In this document: positions 13,465-23,497 of the stretch, piece after piece
Layout: each line of letters begins with the position of its first letter
Numbering within the stretch: the first letter of the stretch is position 1
Assembly: GCA_036867785.1 (NCBI GenBank)
Contig: CP145413.1
Coordinates: 434,001 to 498,000 of the forward strand
DNA length: 64,000 nucleotides
From: Plasmodiophora brassicae
Lineage: Eukaryota
Direction of reading: 5' to 3'
Translations under genes and position numbers: made by a program
Notes under the pieces: model-generated
Database searches by the model: none
Told to the model about the DNA's origin: nothing
The model's input: the letters and a program-made list of their open reading frames with translations, nothing else

Positions 13465-14799
13465 GCTGACGATGCACCTGCGCCTCGCTGGCGTTCCAGC
13501 GCGAGATATTTCAGTGACGAATGCAGGTAAGACTGGTAAGTAACCCGATTCGAGGCCGCCGCCCTCGGAATGGCGGGTACTGGCTGCGACGGATGCGAAG
13601 TTCGCGCTTCCCGACGCCGCTTTACGTTAGGACGCGGCGGGGGCTGTACCTAACCGCGCGCAAAACAATCGCAGCCGCGCGCGTGGGCGGCCGAGAATAG
13701 CCACCCGCGCGTCTGCAAGTCCAAAGCGCTCGCCGTGAAGACACTTCCCATCCACGAAGCAGCCGTTTCGCAGCAGCACGAGTTGATAGATATCGACACG
13801 GCCATTCCCGAAAGGGTTACCAATCGCGATCCCGCAGCTGACCGGCCCGCAGGTGGTCGTGATGATGAATCCACTTTACTACGGACTGGTCGGCGGCGGC
13901 CGCGGCGATGCTGTGCGCTCAGACACCGAAGCTGATCTGTGTGTCAGTCAACCGTGGTGCAAGGTGACATGTGTGATGATGTATGTATGGACGCCACGAT
14001 TATTTTGCCCTGTTCATCGACTTGGTATGACCGCAAACGTCAGTGAACGCATCGCAGCATTTGGAGCCGAATCGCGTCGGAAACAATGCGAGCCATCTCG
14101 CCAGAAACGCCTCGGAATTGGACCCGTGATGCCGCTGGAAGCAGACGACGACAGGATTGACACAGTTACTCCTAAATTGCTGGCACGCTTTCGTCAGCTC
14201 TTTCGGCCGCCATTGTTTGAGCCCATCAGTGGCACGAAGGACAAAGTTCAACCGTTCCCTGGCACTGCCGCAACTTGTCAACAAACCACGCGATGGCGCA
14301 TCGAAGGTACCCGCGCGACGCTTGCCGACGACGGGATTCGGCGGCATCGCTTACGACCGCGGAATACTCGCTTGCGGCACAGGCCTGACGTTTCGCCGTG
14401 CGCTGACCGGTGCATCGGTGATTGATCGGTCGTTGGTGTACGAAAAGGGCTTTGTCTCCGTAGTCACGTATGGCTGCGACTGGCACCCGGGCATGGTGGC
14501 CGGTTCTACAGTGGTACCTTGAGTCCCCATAGGTTGAGGCGGAAACGGGGAAACAGTGCAGCCGTCGTGGCTGGATGTTGCGAACGAATATAGGGGAATT
14601 CGCGCGGGTCATTCTGGGATAAGCATATTCCAGTCGTACTGGTCGGTGGCGGCTTGATCCTGTGAGCACAGAATTGGTTGCAATACAAGGGAACTGGCAG
14701 AGTGCAAGTTCGAGGCCGTCGTTTGCATCAGGCGTCCACTGTCAGGCACCTCCTGACTCTGCGGCAGCGCAGAACCGGATGCGCCTGACATACGCGACA

Positions 14800-15250
14800 C
14801 GGCCATGTGCTTACAGTGTTGTCTCGTGGTGTCTCGGTAACGCCTTGCGACTGATCAAATTCACCGACGTGGCAGGGTCCGACTGGAGAATGGATACCAG
14901 TGGGAAACTGCCCGATTGCGTTTGATGCCCATACGCTCAAAGGGGCGTCTTGTGGTATTTCGAAAACTCCTTGCGATTGAAATTCGCTAGTTGGCCATGT
15001 GCTCGATGTGGCGTCAATCATGTCGTACGTCGGTAAGGCCTTGGGATTCAAAGCCGATATGACATAGGCCCGTTGGAGGGTTGATGCCAAAGTCGAGGGG
15101 CCCGTTGGTGTTTGTTGACCATGCGCTCGAAGTGGCATCAGGTACTATTTCGCTAACGACTTGCGAATCCAGTTCGCAATGACAGGGGTGGACTGGAGAG
15201 TGGAAGTCGACGAGAAGGTGCCCGGTGGAGTTTGGTTGCCATGGGTGCAC
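14800..15250 (-). pseudogene. Frameshifted ORF remnant encoding degenerate ~41-aa repeats
   Basis: Two overlapping frames (15250-15014 and 15138-14728) share units like HSPVxPCHx(E/G)xxSQGVxExxxDATSSxW. Frame switch near 15014-15017. Confidence 0.45.
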
Positions 15251-15492
15251 AGTGGTGCCTTGTAGTGTTTCAGTTAGACCTGACGGTTCAAGTTCGCTTT
15301 GATAGAGGTCAGTTCGAGAGTGGGTGTCGACAAGGAAATGACCGTCAGCGTTAAGTAACAGGCGCCAATCTTCGTAGACGCCGTATGAGACGGTTTGCCG
15401 CGCGATGTTCGTGGACGTTCGCCATTTTGCATAGGGAAACGTCGCGGGCGTCGTCTGGAGGCAGTTGACGATCGGCGTTGATCAGAACGTTC

Positions 15493-16246
15493 ATGGGGCG
15501 CGGGGGCAAATGGACACAGGAGGAGGATACTGTACTTGGTCGCGCCTGGGTCGTCGTCTCCGAGGATCCAATTCGGGGAAACGAAGTCAAGTCGTCCACC
15601 TTCTGGGGCGATATCTTCTAGAAGTTCAAGGCCGCGATTGGAGAGACGGCGAGGACGCAAGGAGCGCTCCAGAACCGATGGACGGAGATTAACAAATCCG
15701 CCCAGCAGTTTTCTGGGGTGCTGTCAGAAGTACAGAAGCCTCTTTGAGCAACTGTCGTCGTGTTTTGACCGCGTATGTACATCAGATCAACGCTCTGAAC
15801 GAGAGCGGCACCAACCAGGAAGACAAAGAGAAGAAGGCCAAAGTTGTGTTTCTCACGACGTATGGTGCGGTGTTCGTCCATGGCGAAGTGCACAACATTC
15901 TGTCGTGCTGCCCGAAGTGGCAGCAACTGCCTGGGACGTTAACGCCAAAGAAGCGTCCTCGCGACGAGGCCTATGACGAGGATACGCCTGCCAAGGGTAG
16001 ATAATGCGCGCTTGGTTACGCTCGACTTTAACTGACATATTATCGCAGCTGAACGTCCCATTCGCGTTAAAGCAGCGAAACTCGCTGCCACAGAGTCCAC
16101 TAGTACGTCGCCCGGTAATGGCACTTCGGCGGCGATTGTGCAAGCCAAGAGCGAGCTGCAAGGAGTGCAGAATACCATGCGAGACTTCATGCTCCTTAAG
16201 ATGTTAAGCATGAATGAGGAGAATCTCAGTGAGCCCAAGAGGGCAG
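15493..16246 (+). pseudogene. Myb/SANT-like plus NAM-associated protein pseudogene (PIF/Harbinger ORF1 type)
   Basis: KWTQEEDTVLGRAWVVVSEDPIRGNEVKSSTFW..RTQGALQNRWTEIN..NESG..PKW..ERPI(R/G)VKAAK. In-frame TAG at 15619-15621. Introns at about 15730-15785 and 15997-16048. 3' end rearranged. Confidence 0.75.
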
Positions 16247-16543
16247 TAAACCATTCGTTTACTGCATCGAGTACTTCTTCCGCAAGGACTGGAATGCTGC
16301 CCTCTTGGGCTCACTGAGATTCTCCTCATTCATGCTTAACATCTTAAGGAGCATGAAGTCTCGCATGGTATTCTGCACTCCTTGCAGCGCGCCCTTGGCT
16401 TGCACGATCGCCGCCAAAGTGCCATTACCGGACGACGTACTGGTGGACTCTGTGGCAGCGAGTTTCGCTGCTTTAACGCCAATGGGACGTTCAGCTGCGA
16501 TAATATGTCAGTTAAAGTCGAGCGTAACCAAGCGCGCATTATC
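16000..16543. repeat. Long inverted repeat: 247-bp arms (16000-16246 and 16297-16543) with 7 mismatches
   Basis: Direct reverse-complement comparison. The ORF track gives near-identical peptides on opposite strands. Confidence 0.97.
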
Positions 16544-18041
16544 GTCACCGTGATGGGAAACTGGCTGGAAGGGCACCGGTGCCACTAGCGTCAGACATGC
16601 AGCCAGGACAGCAGCAATTGCAGCCGGCGACGTCATTCCGCGCACGCGGGAGTTTGGACTGCCTCTGCGCGCAACGCCTGCATAATAGTGGCATCCTGCT
16701 GTGAGAACGACAGCAGTACGTCAAGGATGAACTCAGGGCTGTGAAGATGACGGACCACGTACGTACATAGGCCTGACCGTCGTGCGCATCTCTCTCTGCG
16801 TGTACGACTGGAAACTCGTGTCAAGATATGAGAGGCGAAATCGTGGCTTCTGCCCACAGATCTTTCAGACACAACGCAAGCATCGTCCGCCGATTGATAT
16901 TATCTGGTTCCGGAAAGGAATTCGACCCCGTTGTAGTTTCCGTCTTGATCTTATACTATTCAGAATTGAGCAATAACTAACCTTTTCCACGGTCGTAACC
17001 GTGAACGTGACTGATCGAAAAGCGCTCGTCACCGAATCGAGACGACGCAACGGCCTAACAGATCGGTGAAGTCAACCAAGTAATTGGGGCGTCACCAACC
17101 CACAGTTCGACTTCCGCAGTCGACATCTTCCATCGATCATGCCGCGTATACCGATAAACAGATCAGGGTACGACTAGACTCTCTCAACCAGGATGTTTTC
17201 GATCCCACGACAGTAGACAGCAACACTATTGGATGACTATCAAAGAATGGTGGCTTGGGCAACGGCATGCGAGCGGTAACCACATCGGCGCCAGGCCTGT
17301 ATGACGACAGTCGCATCGTTGAGCTGGTCGGATGGATACTGGACCCACCTGAAGACCTGCCCAATCAACTAATTGGGACCTACGCAGCAAGCACTGAGCA
17401 GTCGAATTCGTAAAGTACCGTAATCGCAAGTACTGTCAGGACAACATCTGGACACTCTGTCCACAACAATGGCTGACGATTTGTAGAGATAGAGGGCAAA
17501 CTATGCGAAGTCCACCAGGAAACGAACTGTACCCAGAGACACGCCATTGTTGAGCGTCAGAGCATTGATAACGACGAAACAATCCGTCTGATCAGCGGCG
17601 TGGCTGGAAATGGTCCAGGATGCCGCCGCGGTCACATACGACGTAGCTGTCAGACGACAATGCCCGGTCGGGCGTCATCGTCTATGATAAGCTGATACCG
17701 ACCTATGTAGTACTGCAGTAGAAAAGTGACCGCTAGAGCTCGCGCCCAGGCAGTTGAATGACTGATCACGGCCATAACGCGCAACGGCTCGATTCACCAT
17801 CCTGTTACGAATCGCGCCCGAGGTTGCTGCGATCGGCAATGACCCGGGCAGTGTTGAAACGGGCACGCTTCGAGGCCTCGCTTTTCACCAGAAAGACCGG
17901 GGCGGTCGGTCCCCGGGCCGGATTAATCGTGGTGTCGCTGTCGGGCTTGACCGCCATTCCGGTATTGTATTTCCGCCAGACACGAGCCCCACGTCGTCGC
18001 TGAAGTCCCTCCAGACACGATCTCGACACTGCTGCTGAAGG

Positions 18042-18475
18042 ATGACAGCTTCGCCCACGTATACGATCGTCGGTAAGCCTGGCGAACGTTACGTGTATCA
18101 CGCTGCGAGGCGCATGACGCGTGCTGGACAGGTGCGGCGGCGCTTGCCACTGCGGTCGCCGCGGTCGAGTTCCAGTATGACCAGAATCGCTGGACGACGA
18201 GCTCATATCATAGGGACACGGAAAGTTCGATAGCGTGGTGGATATGGCTGCTGATCGTTCTGTTCGTCTGCACCTTTGTCGCTGCCGTTATCGCGCGCCA
18301 GCGGCAACGTCGTCGTCGTTACGCTATGGAGGCGAACGCCAACGCGGCGCAGGCGCCGGTATTGCTCTACGCGCAGACGCCCGCGTTCCAGGGGCAGACG
18401 ACGCCCGTGTACCAGGGGCAGACGACGCCAGCGTACCAGACGGGCACACCCGCCCCGCCCGCGTATTACCAATAA
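18042..18475 (+). CDS. Small single-pass membrane protein with Tyr/Pro-rich tail ending PPAYYQ (not assembled in the ORF track)
   Basis: Intron 18073-18131 (GTAAG..CAG) joins MTASPTYTIVG to AAALATAVAA.. Then TM WWIWLLIVLFVCTFVAAVIA, stop-transfer RQRQRRRR, QGQTTP(V/A)Y repeats, and TAA at 18473-18475. Confidence 0.75.
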
Positions 18476-18542
18476 ACGGTTATCACCGTTCGCTGGCAGC
18501 ATGGGCATGGCCATTGGCGAGCGCGAACGGCCCGCGGCAATC

Positions 18543-19682
18543 ATGTCGGCGGGCCGCGGTCTCCTGCCCGCGCTGGTCGACGGCCTCGGCGGCGCCGTCG
18601 AGCGCACCGCGCTGGTCGTCCTCGGCAACGAGGCCGCCGACCTGGACTCGTGCGCGTCGACGCTGCTGTTGGCGCTGGCCGTCCCCGGCGCCCTGCCCGT
18701 CATCAAGTACGTGTCGTTCGACGCCGCCCGTCGCCCCCGTTCTGACCGACCTAGTTGCCGGCGGGCCGAGTTCCGCCTGCGGAAGGACGTCGCGTTCGCG
18801 ATGGAGCGCGTCCGGATCGCGCCCGCGGCGCTGCGGTTCGTCGACGACGTCGACCTGGCGGGGGGGTTCGCTGCGGGTCGGTACCAGGGCCTGGCCCTGG
18901 TCGACCACAACGACCCCGCGTCGCACCAGCAGACCCTGCGCCCGTACGTCACCATGATCTTCGACCACCACCGCGACCTAGGCCTACACCCGGGCGCGTC
19001 GCCCCGCGTCGTGCGCCCGACGGCCAGCGCCTGCACGCTGGTGGCCGAGTACCTTCGCCGACGAGCGCCGGGCGCCCTGCAGGACGTCGGCGTACGGTTC
19101 CTGATCGCGGCGACGCTGCTGCTGGACACGCACGCGTTCTCGCCCGACCTGCAACGGCAGACGCCCGACGACGTCGCCCTGTTCGACGAGGTGTACCCGG
19201 GGCAGCTGAACCGCGACGACCTGTTCGCCGAGCTCCTCGACCGGCGCACCGACCTGGCCGGGTTCACCGCCGACGACCTGCTCCTCAGGGACCTGAAGTT
19301 CGCGGTCGGCGACGATGGCGCCCGCGTGGCCGTTGCCGTCGTCCCCGAATCCATCGCCGACTGGCGGCGTCGCGACCCGTCGTGGCGCGCCTCGGTCCAG
19401 GCGTGGGCGACGGCGCGTCAGTGCGCCCTCGTCTGCGTCATATTCGCGTTCGAGGACGACGCCATCCGCCGCCAGATCCTGCTGGTCGACTGCGCCGCCG
19501 CCCCCGGCGACGCGTTCGCCCGCCTGCACAGCGCCCTGCTGGACTCGGAGCTCGACGTCGCCCCGCTGGACGGCACGCCGGGCGCCATCGCGTTCGAGCA
19601 GCGCAACGTGAAGTGCACGCGGAAGACGCTCCTGCCCATTGTCGAGCAGTGCCTCAGGTCGGGCGGGCCGCATGCGCCATGA
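18543..19682 (+). CDS. PPX1: Exopolyphosphatase PRUNE/PPX1 (DHH plus DHHA2)
   Basis: GNEAADLDS, LVDHN, IFDHH, SACTLV, LLDT and DLLLRDLK motifs. One probable intron near 18710-18770. Confidence 0.9.
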   Translation: MSAGRGLLPALVDGLGGAVERTALVVLGNEAADLDSCASTLLLALAVPGALPVIKYVSFDAARRPRSDRPSCRRAEFRLRKDVAFAMERVRIAPAALRFVDDVDLAGGFAAGRYQGLALVDHNDPASHQQTLRPYVTMIFDHHRDLGLHPGASPRVVRPTASACTLVAEYLRRRAPGALQDVGVRFLIAATLLLDTHAFSPDLQRQTPDDVALFDEVYPGQLNRDDLFAELLDRRTDLAGFTADDLLLRDLKFAVGDDGARVAVAVVPESIADWRRRDPSWRASVQAWATARQCALVCVIFAFEDDAIRRQILLVDCAAAPGDAFARLHSALLDSELDVAPLDGTPGAIAFEQRNVKCTRKTLLPIVEQCLRSGGPHAP

Positions 19683-19838
19683 AATTGACGGACGGCAACG
19701 GCACCGTCTAGGTTAGCGGAATGAAATGAACGACGTACGCGCGTCCGTTTCAGAGTGGACGACGGCACAATTGGGTGCGCACGCGCGCCGCGCCGCGCAC
19801 CGCACCGCGTCGTCGGTTGGTGCCGCGCGCGACGCCGA

Positions 19839-20450
19839 ATGTGGTGCTGTCGGCGGCCGGCCGGCCTGTCCGCCCAGGTCAGCAGGCAGATCCAGGCGAA
19901 GCTGCGCGAGATCGAGACCGTGTTCCCGCGCACGGTCGTGTCCTGCATCGTGACGCAGACCGGCGAGCTCATGTCGGTGCGTCGGATCGCGCCCGTGCCC
20001 GGCGGCGGTGTCGGACTGAACGTCGGTCGTGCAGAGCGCAGCAGGTCAAGCCCGACCAGGAACGCGTTGACGACCTGGTCCTGCCCATTGCACAGCTGAA
20101 GAGGGCGGCCGAGCAGTTCGGTACGACATTCGTCGCGGTGGCCGCCCCGCCATCGTCGCTGACGGGTGCCGTGGCAGGGTCGACGTTGAACCAGTCGAGC
20201 TGTCCCGTCGTACATCTACGTGGCAACCGGGTCATGTTCTCGTGCTACGAGCTCGGCGATCACGTGCGTATATATCGGATCGGTTTCGTCGGGCGGGCGC
20301 CGCCTCTGAACCGCCCGCTCGTAGTTGCTGGCGTTCTACACGGACATGTCGGGCGTCGACCTGATGACGTACGACACGGCGGACGCCGATTCGCGCATGG
20401 GATTCATTATCGCCGACCTGAGGCTATTATTTCAAAACCTGTCCATATAG
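19839..20450 (+). CDS. 143-aa protein, possible Roadblock/profilin-like fold
   Basis: Four exons (19839-19972, 20035-20120, 20178-20263, 20325-20450) join in frame through canonical introns. The fold call is inferred from the helix/strand pattern. Confidence 0.65.
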
Positions 20451-20499
20451 CGGGGTTGATTCACATATATAAAATGTTGTTGGGGAGGCGCGCCCGATT

Positions 20500-21104
20500 C
20501 TACGACGCCGTATCGGGCGTATCGGCCACCCGTAGGAGAAGGCAGGCGACCTGTCGGTCCTCGGCGTTCAGCACGTTGAAGGTCGCGCTGGCGTGGAACT
20601 GGCGACGGTGTCAGCACGTGCACAACGTACAGCGAACGCTAGGGGGAGCCTAGGTAGGCGTACCGAGCTCATGACTTCGTATTTGATGTGGTGCGATCGC
20701 AGGAATTCGCCAACGTTATCGGGGAGGTAGACGATCCTGTCGCCGGTCCCGAACAGCATGACGTCTGTCGCACGCCTAAGCGCCTGCGATGCGTATCGGA
20801 CAGCGGATGTACCGATGGGCGGCGTGACGGCCGGCAGGATGGCCAGCGATGCGGGCGTGATCGCCTGCGACGCCGGTTTCCACAGCAGGGCGGCGTGTGT
20901 GAAGACGAGCACGTCGCCGTGCAGGTGGACGCCGTTCACGGAGAACCCATCGGCGTTGTACGCGTCGACGCTCATCTTGATGCCGCGCGACGTGGCGCCC
21001 TCCGGTGCGATCACGTTCAGCAGGTCGAGCGGCGACCTCAGCGACGACGACGACGACAGGCGACGGGCGGCGGCCGCCAACAACCCCGTTGCCGACCGGT
21101 GCAT
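20500..21104 (-). CDS. NDUFAF3: Mth938-domain complex I assembly factor NDUFAF3
   Basis: Transit-like N-terminus, VDAYNADGFSVNG, VMLFGTG and EVMSS..ASATFNVLNAEDRQVACLL. Confidence 0.87.
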
Positions 21105-21274
21105 GACCGCGTCCCGAATGACGCCTGGTCGGACTTTTCATGATCTCTGGCCGCCTGGCTTCGGGGAGACGCGGCCCTCACGAAGCCATCGCGATCCATT
21201 GGGAATATCTAGCCAGTAGGTATATCCAGGGGTTGGGCGCGCGGGCGGGCGCCAGCCGACGTCTACTGGCGCCT

Positions 21275-21729
21275 ATGGGATGCGCCCGGTCGATGCCGGT
21301 TCGTGAGTCGCCCAGCGGGACGTCGCAGGCGTCGGCGCTGAGCGACGAAGAGAACGACCAGCCGACGCGGAGCACGCCGCGGGCCCGGCAGAGCGGATCG
21401 CACACCACTGATTCCACAGCGAGGTCGCGATGGTCGGCGACGGGGAAAACGTCGACGAGGCGTTCGCTCGGTGTCGGCAAGTCCACGACTAGGTCGGGGT
21501 CCTACAAACGCGGGTCGGCGCCGGGTTCGTGCAGCGTCTCTGAGATCAAGCGGTCTCCTGCGTTCATTTAACGGTCTGCATGGGCACAGGCGCGCAGCAG
21601 GGTCGCGATTCGTCGAGAACGGCCGAGGACAACCTACGCCCCAACACGTCGCTGATGGCCACGTCCACCGCCGAGGATGATTGCAGCCGGGATACAGCCG
21701 ACGACGAGCGCTCCAGAGCGCTGGTGTAG
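21275..21729 (+). CDS. Short Ser/Arg-rich hypothetical protein with MGC (acylation-like) start; exon structure uncertain
   Basis: ATG GGA TGC start followed by an open frame. Possible introns and a last exon ending TAG at 21727-21729. Confidence 0.35.
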
Positions 21730-21937
21730 CGTCCCGTCTAAAAATAATATATGAGGCAGTGCCCTAATACCTGCGGACACGTCGCCTGCGTGCACTGCAC
21801 CACTGCCGCACTGTCACTGACTGATAGGTCACACTGCTTTCGCTCGCATCGGCACATGGCGCCCCTGCAGGCTGGCCAGACGATCGAGCCGGCGTACCAG
21901 GTACGATGACCGTGCGGCGTAGCTGGAATCTCGCCCA

Positions 21938-23332
21938 TTGACGTCGTCGTTGGCGCCGGGCGCCGCCGCCGGATCGGGTTGTGTCGCAGCGACAATGTCG
22001 GACGGGCCCCCGGAGAACGGGTCGCCGTACCTGTGGCTGGTGGGCGTCGCTCTGGCAATGACGGGGTCGATCTGCTCCACCCTGGGCGTCAACATCCAGA
22101 AGTACACGTTCAAGAAGAACGAGGCGCTGTCGGCCGGCGAGCAGCGCCCGTACTACAAGCAGCCGCTCTGGGTCCTCGGCCTGATCCTCGTCGTCGTCGG
22201 GTCGTTGGGCGATTTCAGCGCGCTGGGGTTCGCGGCCCAATCCATCGTTGCACCCGTCGGGAGTTCGACATTGGTCGCCAACCTCGTCTTCGCCATCATC
22301 TGGCTCAAAGAGAGCATTAACCGGAACGATATCGCCGGCACGGCCTTAATCTTAACAGGATCCATCATCGCCGTTGTCTTCGGCAACCACGAGGAGCTGT
22401 TGTACACGCTGGACGAGATCCTGGCACTGTACAAGGGCGGCCTGTTCATCGCGTACAGCGTCGTCGTTGTCGCGTTCATCGGCGCCATGGCCATCATCGT
22501 CGCCCGTTGCGAAACGCTGCTCTCGACGATCAAGACGAAGCAGCAGCAGCTCGACAATCGCGATCGGATCATGCCGCCGGAAAGAGTCGGCGCTCTGTGC
22601 CAGGAGATGGTCCACCTCGACGCCGAGTACGCCAAAGTCGCCAAAGTGCACCCGTTCAGCCTGTGCTCACTGTCGGGGACGCTGGGCGCCCAGTCGATCC
22701 TGTTCGCCAAGTGCATGTCGTTGCTGCTGCGGCGAACGTTCGAAGGCGATAACCAGTTCGTGTACGGCCTGACGTACGTCTTCATCCTGGCGTGCGGGTG
22801 CACGATCTTCGGGCAGTTGCACTTCCTGGCCATGGCCCTGCAGCGGTTCGACGCGTTGTACGTCGTGCCCGTGTTCCAATGCGCGTTCATCGGTGTGTCG
22901 ACGCTCGGCGGCGTCTGCTTCTTCCAGGAGATCCAGAGCTTCGGTGTGGCGCAGAGCATCCTGTTCCCGTCGGGCCTGTTGATGACTCTGGCCGGCGTGT
23001 ACCTGCTGTCGCAGCGGAAGATGTCTGGGCAGATGGCGTACAGGCAACCGGAGGGTCGTGGCATATCGCTGGCGCAGCAGATATCGAACCGCGCCGGGTC
23101 GGTCGCCTTCCGAAGATCGTACTTCCACACGCGGAAGAGCGCCGAGGAGTTCAACGACGACATGGAGGCGGTGCAGACCATCACGCCGCTGATCATGCCG
23201 GCCTTGAAGCTGAGGCGCTCGCTGACCCGCGACGATTTCGGCGACGTCATGAAAGAGGTTAGCTGGTGCGAGCTGTCGTCCGTCGCGGGCAAATCCATGT
23301 CCGACCACGAGATCTCTGCCGTTGTTAATTGA
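21938..23332 (+). CDS. NIPA-family magnesium transporter (start possibly ATG 21995 or an upstream exon)
   Basis: GVNIQK, YYKQPLWVLG, DFSALGFAAQSIVAPVG, ALQRFDALYVVPVFQ and GGVCFFQE. About 9 TM segments. Confidence 0.9.
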   Translation: MTSSLAPGAAAGSGCVAATMSDGPPENGSPYLWLVGVALAMTGSICSTLGVNIQKYTFKKNEALSAGEQRPYYKQPLWVLGLILVVVGSLGDFSALGFAAQSIVAPVGSSTLVANLVFAIIWLKESINRNDIAGTALILTGSIIAVVFGNHEELLYTLDEILALYKGGLFIAYSVVVVAFIGAMAIIVARCETLLSTIKTKQQQLDNRDRIMPPERVGALCQEMVHLDAEYAKVAKVHPFSLCSLSGTLGAQSILFAKCMSLLLRRTFEGDNQFVYGLTYVFILACGCTIFGQLHFLAMALQRFDALYVVPVFQCAFIGVSTLGGVCFFQEIQSFGVAQSILFPSGLLMTLAGVYLLSQRKMSGQMAYRQPEGRGISLAQQISNRAGSVAFRRSYFHTRKSAEEFNDDMEAVQTITPLIMPALKLRRSLTRDDFGDVMKEVSWCELSSVAGKSMSDHEISAVVN

Positions 23333-23497
23333 ATATGCCACGTTGGAGCACATATCTATACAGACCCCCGTACATAGCGTCCACTTCATCGCAGACGCTG
23401 TCGTTGTCTGCCCCAGGGTGAAGCGGGCCAGCACATTGGTAGTACTGTCTTCACTATAGCCCTGCTGGTCGCTCTGGCGTGCGTGTGACCCCGCTCC

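Noticed and set aside
13850-14700. ORFs that might be a transposase or recombinase relic
   Set aside because: No catalytic motif recognisable by eye; needs tBLASTn.
16630-17900. Fragmentary ORFs with stops
   Set aside because: Probably decayed coding DNA, but not assignable.
18203-19711. Long overlapping and antisense ORFs (383, 318 and 229 aa)
   Set aside because: Shadows of the very GC-rich PPX gene, with Arg/Pro-rich nonsense translations.
22153-23434. Antisense ORFs of 381 and 255 aa
   Set aside because: Mirror frames of the NIPA gene caused by codon bias.
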